Assembly: GCF_009914755.1 (NCBI RefSeq)
Contig: NC_060927.1
Length of the DNA: 64,000 nt
From: the human T2T-CHM13v2.0 reference genome, Homo sapiens
Reading direction: 5' to 3' (one strand)
In this document: in pieces, positions 25,601 through 40,200 of the stretch
How the letters are laid out: each line of letters opens with the position of its first letter
Position numbering within the stretch: the first letter of the stretch is position 1
Translations under genes and position numbers: made by a program
Notes under the pieces: model-generated
Told to the model about the DNA's origin: nothing
Database searches by the model: none
Seen by the model: the letters and a program-made list of their open reading frames with translations, nothing else

Positions 25601-28229
25601 GGAGTTGAATGCACATATCACAAAGTAGTTCCTGAGAATGATTCTGTCTAGTTTTCATACGAAGATATTTCCTTTTCCACCAATGGCCTCAAAGTGCTTG
25701 AAATCTCCCCTTGCAAATTCCACAGACAAGTGTTTCAAATCTGCACTGTCTAAAGGAAGGTTCAACCCTGTGAGTTGAATACACACACACAGAAAAAAAT
25801 TCACTGAGAATTCTATTGTCTATCATTACACGAAGAAATCCCGTTTACTACGAAGGCCTCAAAGAGGTCCAAATATCCAGCTGCAGACATTACAAACTGA
25901 GTGTTTCCAAAGTGCTCTATGAAAAGAAGTGTTAAACACTGTGAGTTCAATGCACACATCCCAAAGCAGTTTCTGAGAATGATTCCGTCTATTTTTTCTA
26001 CGAAGATATTTCCTTTTCTGCCGTTGGCCTCAAAGCGCTTGAAATCTCCACTTGCAAATTCCACAAAAAGAGAGTTTCAAATCTGCTCTGTCTAAAGGAA
26101 GGTTCAACTCTGTGAGTTGAATACACACCACAAAAAGAAGTTACTGAGAATTCTTCTGTCTAGCATTATATGAAAAATCCCGTTTCCAACGAAGGCCACA
26201 AAGAGGTCCAAATATCCACTTGCAGATTCTGCAAAAAGAGTGTTTCCAAACTGCTCTATGAAAAGAAACGTTAAACTCTGTGAGTTGAACGCAAACATCA
26301 CAAAGTAGTTTCTGAGAATGACTCCGTCTAGTTTTTATACGAAGATATTTCCTTTCCTACCATTCACTTCAAAGCGCTTGAAGTCTCCCCCTGAAAATTC
26401 CACAAAAAGTGTTTCCAATCTGCTCCGCCTAAAGGAAGCTTCAACTCTGTGAGTTGAATACCCACAACCCAAAGAAGTTACTGAGAATTCTTCTGTCTAG
26501 CATTATATGAAGAAATCCCGTTTCCAACGAAGGCCTCAAATACATCCAAATATCCAGTTGCTGACTTTACAAACTGAGTGTTTCCAAACTGCTCTATGAA
26601 AAGAAAGGTTAAACACTGTGAGTTGAACACACACGTACCAAAGTAGTTTCTGAGAATGATTCTGTCTAGTTTGCATACGAAGATATTTCCTTTTCTACCA
26701 TTGGCCTCAAAGCTCTGAAATCTCCACTTGCAAATTCCACAAAAAGAGAGTTTCAAATCTGCTGTTTCTAAAGGAAAGTTCAACTCTGAGAGTTGAATAC
26801 ACACCAGAAAAAGCAGTTACTGAGAAGTCTTCTGTCTAGCATTATATGAAGAAATCCCATTTCCAACGAAGACTTCAAAGAGGTCCAAATATCCACTTGC
26901 AGATTCTGCAAAAAGAGTGTTTCGAAACAACTGTATGAAAAGAAAGGTTAAACACTGTGAGTTGAACGCACACATTGCAAAGCAGTTTCTGAGAATGATT
27001 CCGTCTAATTATTATACGAAGGTATTTCCTTTTCTATCATTGGCCTCAAAGCGCTTGATACCTCCACCTGAAAATTCCACAAAAAGAGTGTTTCCAATCT
27101 ACTCTGTCTAAAGGAACGTTCAACTCTGTGAGTTGAATACACACACACAGAAAGAATTCACTGAGAATTCTTCTGTCTGGCATTACATGAAGAAATCCCG
27201 TTTCCAACGAAGGCCTCAAAGAGGTCCAAATATCCACTTGCAGATTCTGCAAAAAGAGTGTTTCAAAACCGCTCCATTAAAAGGAATGTTGAACTCTGTG
27301 AGTTGAATGCAAACATCACAACTCAGTTTCTGAGAATGCTTCTGACTAGATTTTATGGTAAGATATTTCCTTTTCTACCGTAGGCTTCAATGCCCTCTAA
27401 ATACACCCTTGCAAATTCTACAAAGAGACCGTTTCATAACTGCTCTATAGGAAGAAAGGTTCAACTCTGTGAGTTGAATGCAGAGATCACAACGTGGTTT
27501 CTGCGAATGATTCTTTGTAGTTTTTACATGAAGATATTTCGTTGTCAACCGTAGGCTTCAAAGCACTCAAAGTATTCACTTGGAACTTTTACAAAAAGAG
27601 TGTTAGAAAACTGCTCTTTCCAAAGTAAGGTTCAACTCTGTGAGTTGAATGCACACATAACAATCAAGAAGTTTCTGAGAATTCTTCTGTCCTGGTTTAT
27701 AGGAACAAATGCCGTTTCCAACGAAGGCCTCAAAGATGTTTAAATATCCACTTGCAGACTTCACAAACAGAGGGTTTCCAAACTGCTCTATGAAAAGAAA
27801 GGTTAAACTCTGTGAGTTGAACGCACACATCACAAAGTAGCTTCTGAGAATGATACTGTCTAGTTTTTATACGAAGATATTTCCTTTCTACCATTGGCGT
27901 CAAAGCGCTAGAATTCTCCACTTGCAAATTCCACAAAAAGAGTGTTTCCAATCTGCTCTGTCTAAAGGAAGGTTCAACTCTGTGAGTTGAATACACACAC
28001 ACAAAGAAGCTACTGAGAATTCTTTTGTCAAGAAGTATAAGAAGAAATCCCGTTTCCAACGAAGGCCTCAAAGAGTTCCAAATATCCACTTGCACACTGC
28101 ACAAACTAAGTCTTTCCAAACTGCTCTATGCAAAGAAATGTTCAACTCTGTGAGTTTAATACACACATCACAAAGCAGTTTCTGAGAATGATACTGTCTA
28201 GTTTTTATACGAAGATATTTCCTTTTGTA
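16666..28229 (-). repeat. Two-HOR (5,782-bp) tandem duplication: U7-U8 repeated as U9-U10
   Basis: U7 and U9 share gacttccaag, aaaaccgctc and the gattctgcaaaa patch. U8 and U10 share aggaacaaatgcc, gatgtttaaa and agaagtataag. Confidence 0.85.
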
Positions 28230-31200
28230 CCATTGGCCTCATACTGCTAGAATTTTCCACTTGCAAATTCCACAAAAAGAGTGTTTCCAATCCGCTCTGT
28301 CTAAAGGAAGGTTCAACTCTCTGATTTGAATACATACATCCCAAAAGAAGTTACTGAGAATTCTTCTGTCTAGCATTATGTGAAGAAATCCCGTTTCCAA
28401 CGAAAGCCTCAAAGAGGTCCAAATATCCAGTTGCAGAATTTACAAACTGACTGTTTCCAAACTCATCTATGAAAAGAAAGGTTAAACTCTGGGAGTTGAA
28501 TGCACATATCACAAAGTAGTTCCTGAGAATGATTCTGTCTAGTTTTCATACGAAGATATTTCCTTTTCCACCAATGGCCTCAAAGTGCTTGAAATCTCCC
28601 CTTGCAAATTCCACAGACAAGTGTTTCAAATCTGCACTGTCTAAAGGAAGGTTCAACCCTGTGAGTTGAATACACACACACAGAAAAAAATTCACTGAGA
28701 ATTCTATTGTCTATCATTACACGAAGAAATCCCGTTTACTACGAAGGCCTCAAAGAGGTCCAAATATCCAGCTGCAGACATTACAAACTGAGTGTTTCCA
28801 AAGTGCTCTATGAAAAGAAGTGTTAAACACTGTGAGTTCAATGCACACATCCCAAAGCAGTTTCTGAGAATGATTCCGTCTATTTTTTCTACGAAGATAT
28901 TTCCTTTTCTGCCGTTGGCCTCAAAGCGCTTGAAATCTCCACTTGCAAATTCCACAAAAAGAGAGTTTCAAATCTGCTCTGCCTAAAGGAAGGTTCAACT
29001 CTGTGAGTTGAATACACACCACAAAAAGAAGTTACTGAGAATTCTTCTGTCTAGCATTATATGAAAAATCCCGTTTCCAACGAAGGCCACAAAGAGGTCC
29101 AAATATCCACTTGCAGATTCTGCAAAAAGAGTGTTTCCAAACTGCTCTATGAAAAGAAACGTTAAACTCTGTGAGTTGAACGCAAACATCACAAAGTAGT
29201 TTCTGAGAATGACTCCGTCTAGTTTTTATACGAAGATATTTCCTTTCCTACCATTCACTTCAAAGCGCTTGAAGTCTCCCCCTGAAAATTCCACAAAAAG
29301 TGTTTCCAATCTGCTCCGCCTAAAGGAAGCTTCAACTCTGTGAGTTGAATACCCACAACCCAAAGAAGTTACTGAGAATTCTTCTGTCTAGCATTATATG
29401 AAGAAATCCCGTTTCCAACGAAGGCCTCAAATACATCCAAATATCCAGTTGCTGACTTTACAAACTGAGTGTTTCCAAACTGCTCTATGAAAAGAAAGGT
29501 TAAACACTGTGAGTTGAACACACACGTACCAAAGTAGTTTCTGAGAATGATTCTGTCTAGTTTGCATACGAAGATATTTCCTTTTCTACCATTGGCCTCA
29601 AAGCTCTGAAATCTCCACTTGCAAATTCCACAAAAAGAGAGTTTCAAATCTGCTGTTTCTAAAGGAAAGTTCAACTCTGAGAGTTGAATACACACCAGAA
29701 AAAGCAGTTACTGAGAAGTCTTCTGTCTAGCATTATATGAAGAAATCCCATTTCCAACGAAGACTTCAAAGAGGTCCAAATATCCACTTGCAGATTCTGC
29801 AAAAAGAGTGTTTCGAAACAACTGTATGAAAAGAAAGGTTAAACACTGTGAGTTGAACGCACACATTGCAAAGCAGTTTCTGAGAATGATTCCGTCTAAT
29901 TATTATACGAAGGTATTTCCTTTTCTATCATTGGCCTCAAAGCGCTTGATACCTCCACCTGAAAATTCCACAAAAAGAGTGTTTCCAATCTACTCTGTCT
30001 AAAGGAACGTTCAACTCTGTGAGTTGAATACACACACACAGAAAGAATTCACTGAGAATTCTTCTGTCTGGCATTACATGAAGAAATCCCGTTTCCAACG
30101 AAGGCCTCAAAGAGGTCCAAATATCCACTTGCAGATTCTGCAAAAAGAGTGTTTCAAAACCGCTCCATTAAAAGGAATGTTGAACTCTGTGAGTTGAATG
30201 CAAACATCACAACTCAGTTGCTGAGAATGCTTCTGACTAGATTTTATGGTAAGATATTTCCTTTTCTACCGTAGGCTTCAATGCCCTCTAAATACACCCT
30301 TGCAAATTCTACAAAGAGACCGTTTCATAACTGCTCTATAGGAAGAAAGGTTCAACTCTGTGAGTTGAATGCAGAGATCACAACGTGGTTTCTGCGAATG
30401 ATTCTTTGTAGTTTTTACATGAAGATATTTCGTTGTCAACCGTAGGCTTCAAAGCACTCAAAGTATTCACTTGGAACTTTTACAAAAAGAGTGTTAGAAA
30501 ACCGCTCTTTCCAAAGTAAGGTTCAACTCTGTGAGTTGAATGCACACATAACAATCAAGAAGTTTCTGAGAATTCTTCTGTCCTGGTTTATATGAAAAAA
30601 TCCCGTTTCCAACGAAGGCCTCAAAGACGTTTAAATATCCACTTGCAGATTCTGCAAAAAGAGTGTTTCCAAACTGCTCTATGAAAAGAAAGGTTAAACT
30701 CTGTGAGTTGAACGCACACATCACAAAGTAGCTTCTGAGAATGATACTGTCTAGTTTTTATACGAAGATATTTCCTTTCTACCATTGGCGTCAAAGCGCT
30801 AGAATTCTCCACTTGCAAATTCCACAAAAAGAGTGTTTCCAATCTGCTCTGTCTAAAGGAAGGTTCAACTCTGTGAGTTGAATACACACACACAAAGAAG
30901 CTACTGAGAATTCTTTTGTCAAGAATTATAAGAAGAAATCCCGTTTCCAACGAAGGCCTCAAAGAGTTCCAAATATCCACTTGCACACTGCACAAACTAA
31001 GTCTTTCCAAACTGCTCTATGCAAAGAAATGTTCAACTCTGTGAGTTTAATACACACATCACAAAGCAGTTTCTGAGAATGATACTGTCTAGTTTTTATA
31101 CGAAGATATTTCCTTTTGTACCATTGGCCTCATACTGCTAGAATTTTCCACTTGCAAATTCCACAAAAAGAGTGTTTCCAATCCGCTCTGTCTAAAGGAA

Positions 31201-34200
31201 GGTTCAACTCTCTGATTTGAATACATACATCCCAAAAGAAGTTACTGAGAATTCTTCTGTCTAGCATTATGTGAAGAAATCCCGTTTCCAACGAAAGCCT
31301 CAAAGAGGTCCAAATATCCAGTTGCAGAATTTACAAACTGACTGTTTCCAAACTCATCTATGAAAAGAAAGGTTAAACTCTGGGAGTTGAATGCACATAT
31401 CACAAAGTAGTTCCTGAGAATGATTCTGTCTAGTTTTCATACGAAGATATTTCCTTTTCCACCAATGGCCTCAAAGTGCTTGAAATCTCCCCTTGCAAAT
31501 TCCACAGACAAGTGTTTCAAATCTGCACTGTCTAAAGGAAGGTTCAACCCTGTGAGTTGAATACACACACACAGAAAAAAATTCACTGAGAATTCTATTG
31601 TCTATCATTACACGAAGAAATCCCGTTTACTACGAAGGCCTCAAAGAGGTCCAAATATCCAGCTGCAGACATTACAAACTGAGTGTTTCCAAAGTGCTCT
31701 ATGAAAAGAAGTGTTAAACACTGTGAGTTCAATGCACACATCCCAAAGCAGTTTCTGAGAATGATTCCGTCTATTTTTTCTACGAAGATATTTCCTTTTC
31801 TGCCGTTGGCCTCAAAGCGCTTGAAATCTCCACTTGCAAATTCCACAAAAAGAGAGTTTCAAATCTGCTCTGCCTAAAGGAAGGTTCAACTCTGTGAGTT
31901 GAATACACACCACAAAAAGAAGTTACTGAGAATTCTTCTGTCTAGCATTATATGAAAAATCCCGTTTCCAACGAAGGCCACAAAGAGGTCCAAATATCCA
32001 CTTGCAGATTCTGCAAAAAGAGTGTTTCCAAACTGCTCTATGAAAAGAAACGTTAAACTCTGTGAGTTGAACGCAAACATCACAAAGTAGTTTCTGAGAA
32101 TGACTCCGTCTAGTTTTTATACGACGATATTTCCTTTCCTACTATTCACTTCAAAGCGCTTGAAGTCTCCCCCTGAAAATTCCACAAAAAGTGTTTCCAA
32201 TCTGCTCCGCCTAAAGGAAGCTTCAACTCTGTGACTTGAATACCCACAACCCAAAGAAGTTACTGAGAATTCTTCTGTCTAGCATTATATGAAGAAATCC
32301 CGTTTCCAACGAAGGCCTCAAATACATCCAAATATCCAGTTGCTGACTTTACAAACTGAGTGTTTCCAAACTGCTCTATGAAAAGAAAGGTTAAACACTG
32401 TGAGTTGAACACACACGTACCAAAGTAGTTTCTGAGAATGATTCTGTCTAGTTTGCATACGAAGATATTTCCTTTTCTACCATTGGCCTCAAAGCTCTGA
32501 AATCTCCACTTGCAAATTCCACAAAAAGAGAGTTTCAAATCTGCTGTTTCTAAAGGAAAGTTCAACTCTGAGAGTTGAATACACACCAGAAAAAGCAGTT
32601 ACTGAGAAGTCTTCTGTCTAGCATTATATGAAGAAATCCCATTTCCAACGAAGACTTCAAAGAGGTCCAAATATCCACTTGCAGATTCTGCAAAAAGAGT
32701 GTTTCGAAACAACTGTATGAAAAGAAAGGTTAAACACTGTGAGTTGAACGCACACATTGCAAAGCAGTTTCTGAGAATGATTCCGTCTAATTATTATACG
32801 AAGGTATTTCCTTTTCTATCATTGGCCTCAAAGCGCTTGATACCTCCACCTGAAAATTCCACAAAAAGAGTGTTTCCAATCTACTCTGTCTAAAGGAACG
32901 TTCAACTCTGTGAGTTGAATACACACACACAGAAAGAATTCACTGAGAATTCTTCTGTCTGGCATTACATGAAGAAATCCCGTTTCCAACGAAGGCCTCA
33001 AAGAGGTCCAAATATCCACTTGCAGATTCTGCAAAAAGAGTGTTTCAAAACCGCTCCATTAAAAGGAATGTTGAACTCTGTGAGTTGAATGCAAACATCA
33101 CAACTCAGTTGCTGAGAATGCTTCTGACTAGATTTTATGGTAAGATATTTCCTTTTCTACCGTAGGCTTCAATGCCCTCTAAATACACCCTTGCAAATTC
33201 TACAAAGAGACTGTTTCATAACTGCTCTATAGGAAGAAAGGTTCAACTCTGTGAGTTGAATGCAGAGATCACAACGTGGTTTCTGCGAATGATTCTTTGT
33301 AGTTTTTACATGAAGATATTTCGTTGTCAACCGTAGGCTTCAAAGCACTCAAAGTATTCACTTGGAACTTTTACAAAAAGAGTGTTAGAAAACCGCTCTT
33401 TCCAAAGTAAGGTTCAACTCTGTGAGTTGAATGCACACATAACAATCAAGAAGTTTCTGAGAATTCTTCTGTCCTGGTTTATATGAAAAAATCCCGTTTC
33501 CAACGAAGGCCTCAAAGACGTTTAAATATCCACTTGCAGATTCTGCAAAAAGAGTGTTTCCAAACTGCTCTATGAAAAGAAAGGTTAAACTCTGTGAGTT
33601 GAACGCACACATCACAAAGTAGCTTCTGAGAATGATACTGTCTAGTTTTTATACGAAGATATTTCCTTTCTACCATTGGCGTCAAAGCGCTAGAATTCTC
33701 CACTTGCAAATTCCACAAAAAGAGTGTTTCCAATCTGCTCTGTCTAAAGGAAGGTTCAACTCTGTGAGTTGAATACACACACACAAAGAAGCTACTGAGA
33801 ATTCTTTTGTCAAGAATTATAAGAAGAAATCCCGTTTCCAACGAAGGCCTCAAAGAGTTCCAAATATCCACTTGCACACTGCACAAACTAAGTCTTTCCA
33901 AACTGCTCTATGCAAAGAAATGTTCAACTCTGTGAGTTTAATACACACATCACAAAGCAGTTTCTGAGAATGATACTGTCTAGTTTTTATACGAAGATAT
34001 TTCCTTTTGTACCATTGGCCTCATACTGCTAGAATTTTCCACTTGCAAATTCCACAAAAAGAGTGTTTCCAATCCGCTCTGTCTAAAGGAAGGTTCAACT
34101 CTCTGATTTGAATACATACATCCCAAAAGAAGTTACTGAGAATTCTTCTGTCTAGCATTATGTGAAGAAATCCCGTTTCCAACGAAAGCCTCAAAGAGGT

Positions 34201-37200
34201 CCAAATATCCAGTTGCAGAATTTACAAACTGACTGTTTCCAAACTCATCTATGAAAAGAAAGGTTAAACTCTGGGAGTTGAATGCACATATCACAAAGTA
34301 GTTCCTGAGAATGATTCTGTCTAGTTTTCATACGAAGATATTTCCTTTTCCACCAATGGCCTCAAAGTGCTTGAAATCTCCCCTTGCAAATTCCACAGAC
34401 AAGTGTTTCAAATCTGCACTGTCTAAAGGAAGGTTCAACCCTGTGAGTTGAATACACACACACAGAAAAAAATTCACTGAGAATTCTATTGTCTATCATT
34501 ACACGAAGAAATCCCGTTTACTACGAAGGCCTCAAAGAGGTCCAAATATCCAGCTGCAGACATTACAAACTGAGTGTTTCCAAAGTGCTCTATGAAAAGA
34601 AGTGTTAAACACTGTGAGTTCAATGCACACATCCCAAAGCAGTTTCTGAGAATGATTCCGTCTATTTTTTCTACGAAGATATTTCCTTTTCTGCCGTTGG
34701 CCTCAAAGCGCTTGAAATCTCCACTTGCAAATTCCACAAAAAGAGAGTTTCAAATCTGCTCTGTCTAAAGGAAGGTTCAACTCTGTGAGTTGAATACACA
34801 CCACAAAAAGAAGTTACTGAGAATTCTTCTGTCTAGCATTATATGAAAAATCCCGTTTCCAACGAAGGCCACAAAGAGGTCCAAATATCCACTTGCAGAT
34901 TCTGCAAAAAGAGTGTTTCCAAACTGCTCTATGAAAAGAAACGTTAAACTCTGTGAGTTGAACGCAAACATCACAAAGTAGTTTCTGAGAATGACTCCGT
35001 CTAGTTTTTATACGAAGATATTTCCTTTCCTACCATTCACTTCAAAGCGCTTGAAGTCTCCCCCTGAAAATTCCACAAAAAGTGTTTCCAATCTGCTCCG
35101 CCTAAAGGAAGCTTCAACTCTGTGAGTTGAATACCCACAACCCAAAGAAGTTACTGAGAATTCTTCTGTCTAGCATTATATGAAGAAATCCCGTTTCCAA
35201 CGAAGGCCTCAAATACATCCAAATATCCAGTTGCTGACTTTACAAACTGAGTGTTTCCAAACTGCTCTATGAAAAGAAAGGTTAAACACTGTGAGTTGAA
35301 CACACACGTACCAAAGTAGTTTCTGAGAATGATTCTGTCTAGTTTGCATACGAAGATATTTCCTTTTCTACCATTGGCCTCAAAGCTCTGAAATCTCCAC
35401 TTGCAAATTCCACAAAAAGAGAGTTTCAAATCTGCTGTTTCTAAAGGAAAGTTCAACTCTGAGAGTTGAATACACACCAGAAAAAGCAGTTACTGAGAAG
35501 TCTTCTGTCTAGCATTATATGAAGAAATCCCATTTCCAACGAAGACTTCAAAGAGGTCCAAATATCCACTTGCAGATTCTGCAAAAAGAGTGTTTCGAAA
35601 CAACTGTATGAAAAGAAAGGTTAAACACTGTGAGTTGAACGCACACATTGCAAAGCAGTTTCTGAGAATGATTCCGTCTAATTATTATACGAAGGTATTT
35701 CCTTTTCTATCATTGGCCTCAAAGCGCTTGATACCTCCACCTGAAAATTCCACAAAAAGAGTGTTTCCAATCTACTCTGTCTAAAGGAACGTTCAACTCT
35801 GTGAGTTGAATACACACACACAGAAAGAATTCACTGAGAATTCTTCTGTCTGGCATTACATGAAGAAATCCCGTTTCCAACGAAGGCCTCAAAGAGGTCC
35901 AAATATCCACTTGCAGATTCTGCAAAAAGAGTGTTTCAAAACCGCTCCATTAAAAGGAATGTTGAACTCTGTGAGTTGAATGCAAACATCACAACTCAGT
36001 TTCTGAGAATGCTTCTGACTAGATTTTATGGTAAGATATTTCCTTTTCTACCGTAGGCTTCAATGCCCTCTAAATACACCCTTGCAAATTCTACAAAGAG
36101 ACCGTTTCATAACTGCTCTATAGGAAGAAAGGTTCAACTCTGTGAGTTGAATGCAGAGATCACAACGTGGTTTCTGCGAATGATTCTTTGTAGTTTTTAC
36201 ATGAAGATATTTCGTTGTCAACCGTAGGCTTCAAAGCACTCAAAGTATTCACTTGGAACTTTTACAAAAAGAGTGTTAGAAAACTGCTCTTTCCAAAGTA
36301 AGGTTCAACTCTGTGAGTTGAATGCACACATAACAATCAAGAAGTTTCTGAGAATTCTTCTGTCCTGGTTTATAGGAACAAATGCCGTTTCCAACGAAGG
36401 CCTCAAAGATGTTTAAATATCCACTTGCAGACTTCACAAACAGAGGGTTTCCAAACTGCTCTATGAAAAGAAAGGTTAAACTCTGTGAGTTGAACGCACA
36501 CATCACAAAGTAGCTTCTGAGAATGATACTGTCTAGTTTTTATACGAAGATATTTCCTTTCTACCATTGGCGTCAAAGCGCTAGAATTCTCCACTTGCAA
36601 ATTCCACAAAAAGAGTGTTTCCAATCTGCTCTGTCTAAAGGAAGGTTCAACTCTGTGAGTTGAATACACACACACAAAGAAGCTACTGAGAATTCTTTTG
36701 TCAAGAAGTATAAGAAGAAATCCCGTTTCCAACGAAGGCCTCAAAGAGTTCCAAATATCCACTTGCACACTGCACAAACTAAGTCTTTCCAAACTGCTCT
36801 ATGCAAAGAAATGTTCAACTCTGTGAGTTTAATACACACATCACAAAGCAGTTTCTGAGAATGATACTGTCTAGTTTTTATACGAAGATATTTCCTTTTG
36901 TACCATTGGCCTCATACTGCTAGAATTTTCCACTTGCAAATTCCACAAAAAGAGTGTTTCCAATCCGCTCTGTCTAAAGGAAGGTTCAACTCTCTGATTT
37001 GAATACATACATCCCAAAAGAAGTTACTGAGAATTCTTCTGTCTAGCATTATGTGAAGAAATCCCGTTTCCAACGAAAGCCTCAAAGAGGTCCAAATATC
37101 CAGTTGCAGAATTTACAAACTGACTGTTTCCAAACTCATCTATGAAAAGAAAGGTTAAACTCTGGGAGTTGAATGCACATATCACAAAGTAGTTCCTGAG

Positions 37201-40200
37201 AATGATTCTGTCTAGTTTTCATACGAAGATATTTCCTTTTCCACCAATGGCCTCAAAGTGCTTGAAATCTCCCCTTGCAAATTCCACAGACAAGTGTTTC
37301 AAATCTGCACTGTCTAAAGGAAGGTTCAACCCTGTGAGTTGAATACACACACACAGAAAAAAATTCACTGAGAATTCTATTGTCTATCATTACACGAAGA
37401 AATCCCGTTTACTACGAAGGCCTCAAAGAGGTCCAAATATCCAGCTGCAGACATTACAAACTGAGTGTTTCCAAAGTGCTCTATGAAAAGAAGTGTTAAA
37501 CACTGTGAGTTCAATGCACACATCCCAAAGCAGTTTCTGAGAATGATTCCGTCTATTTTTTCTACGAAGATATTTCCTTTTCTGCCGTTGGCCTCAAAGC
37601 GCTTGAAATCTCCACTTGCAAATTCCACAAAAAGAGAGTTTCAAATCTGCTCTGCCTAAAGGAAGGTTCAACTCTGTGAGTTGAATACACACCACAAAAA
37701 GAAGTTACTGAGAATTCTTCTGTCTAGCATTATATGAAAAATCCCGTTTCCAACGAAGGCCACAAAGAGGTCCAAATATCCACTTGCAGATTCTGCAAAA
37801 AGAGTGTTTCCAAACTGCTCTATGAAAAGAAACGTTAAACTCTGTGAGTTGAACGCAAACATCACAAAGTAGTTTCTGAGAATGACTCCGTCTAGTTTTT
37901 ATACGAAGATATTTCCTTTCCTACCATTCACTTCAAAGCGCTTGAAGTCTCCCCCTGAAAATTCCACAAAAAGTGTTTCCAATCTGCTCCGCCTAAAGGA
38001 AGCTTCAACTCTGTGAGTTGAATACCCACAACCCAAAGAAGTTACTGAGAATTCTTCTGTCTAGCATTATATGAAGAAATCCCGTTTCCAACGAAGGCCT
38101 CAAATACATCCAAATATCCAGTTGCTGACTTTACAAACTGAGTGTTTCCAAACTGCTCTATGAAAAGAAAGGTTAAACACTGTGAGTTGAACACACACGT
38201 ACCAAAGTAGTTTCTGAGAATGATTCTGTCTAGTTTGCATACGAAGATATTTCCTTTTCTACCATTGGCCTCAAAGCTCTGAAATCTCCACTTGCAAATT
38301 CCACAAAAAGAGAGTTTCAAATCTGCTGTTTCTAAAGGAAAGTTCAACTCTGAGAGTTGAATACACACCAGAAAAAGCAGTTACTGAGAAGTCTTCTGTC
38401 TAGCATTATATGAAGAAATCCCATTTCCAACGAAGACTTCAAAGAGGTCCAAATATCCACTTGCAGATTCTGCAAAAAGAGTGTTTCGAAACAACTGTAT
38501 GAAAAGAAAGGTTAAACACTGTGAGTTGAACGCACACATTGCAAAGCAGTTTCTGAGAATGATTCCGTCTAATTATTATACGAAGGTATTTCCTTTTCTA
38601 TCATTGGCCTCAAAGCGCTTGATACCTCCACCTGAAAATTCCACAAAAAGAGTGTTTCCAATCTACTCTGTCTAAAGGAACGTTCAACTCTGTGAGTTGA
38701 ATACACACACACAGAAAGAATTCACTGAGAATTCTTCTGTCTGGCATTACATGAAGAAATCCCGTTTCCAACGAAGGCCTCAAAGAGGTCCAAATATCCA
38801 CTTGCAGATTCTGCAAAAAGAGTGTTTCAAAACCGCTCCATTAAAAGGAATGTTGAACTCTGTGAGTTGAATGCAAACATCACAACTCAGTTGCTGAGAA
38901 TGCTTCTGACTAGATTTTATGGTAAGATATTTCCTTTTCTACCGTAGGCTTCAATGCCCTCTAAATACACCCTTGCAAATTCTACAAAGAGACTGTTTCA
39001 TAACTGCTCTATAGGAAGAAAGGTTCAACTCTGTGAGTTGAATGCAGAGATCACAACGTGGTTTCTGCGAATGATTCTTTGTAGTTTTTACATGAAGATA
39101 TTTCGTTGTCAACCGTAGGCTTCAAAGCACTCAAAGTATTCACTTGGAACTTTTACAAAAAGAGTGTTAGAAAACCGCTCTTTCCAAAGTAAGGTTCAAC
39201 TCTGTGAGTTGAATGCACACATAACAATCAAGAAGTTTCTGAGAATTCTTCTGTCCTGGTTTATATGAAAAAATCCCGTTTCCAACGAAGGCCTCAAAGA
39301 CGTTTAAATATCCACTTGCAGATTCTGCAAAAAGAGTGTTTCCAAACTGCTCTATGAAAAGAAAGGTTAAACTCTGTGAGTTGAACGCACACATCACAAA
39401 GTAGCTTCTGAGAATGATACTGTCTAGTTTTTATACGAAGATATTTCCTTTCTACCATTGGCGTCAAAGCGCTAGAATTCTCCACTTGCAAATTCCACAA
39501 AAAGAGTGTTTCCAATCTGCTCTGTCTAAAGGAAGGTTCAACTCTGTGAGTTGAATACACACACACAAAGAAGCTACTGAGAATTCTTTTGTCAAGAATT
39601 ATAAGAAGAAATCCCGTTTCCAACGAAGGCCTCAAAGAGTTCCAAATATCCACTTGCACACTGCACAAACTAAGTCTTTCCAAACTGCTCTATGCAAAGA
39701 AATGTTCAACTCTGTGAGTTTAATACACACATCACAAAGCAGTTTCTGAGAATGATACTGTCTAGTTTTTATACGAAGATATTTCCTTTTGTACCATTGG
39801 CCTCATACTGCTAGAATTTTCCACTTGCAAATTCCACAAAAAGAGTGTTTCCAATCCGCTCTGTCTAAAGGAAGGTTCAACTCTCTGATTTGAATACATA
39901 CATCCCAAAAGAAGTTACTGAGAATTCTTCTGTCTAGCATTATGTGAAGAAATCCCGTTTCCAACGAAAGCCTCAAAGAGGTCCAAATATCCAGTTGCAG
40001 AATTTACAAACTGACTGTTTCCAAACTCATCTATGAAAAGAAAGGTTAAACTCTGGGAGTTGAATGCACATATCACAAAGTAGTTCCTGAGAATGATTCT
40101 GTCTAGTTTTCATACGAAGATATTTCCTTTTCCACCAATGGCCTCAAAGTGCTTGAAATCTCCCCTTGCAAATTCCACAGACAAGTGTTTCAAATCTGCA

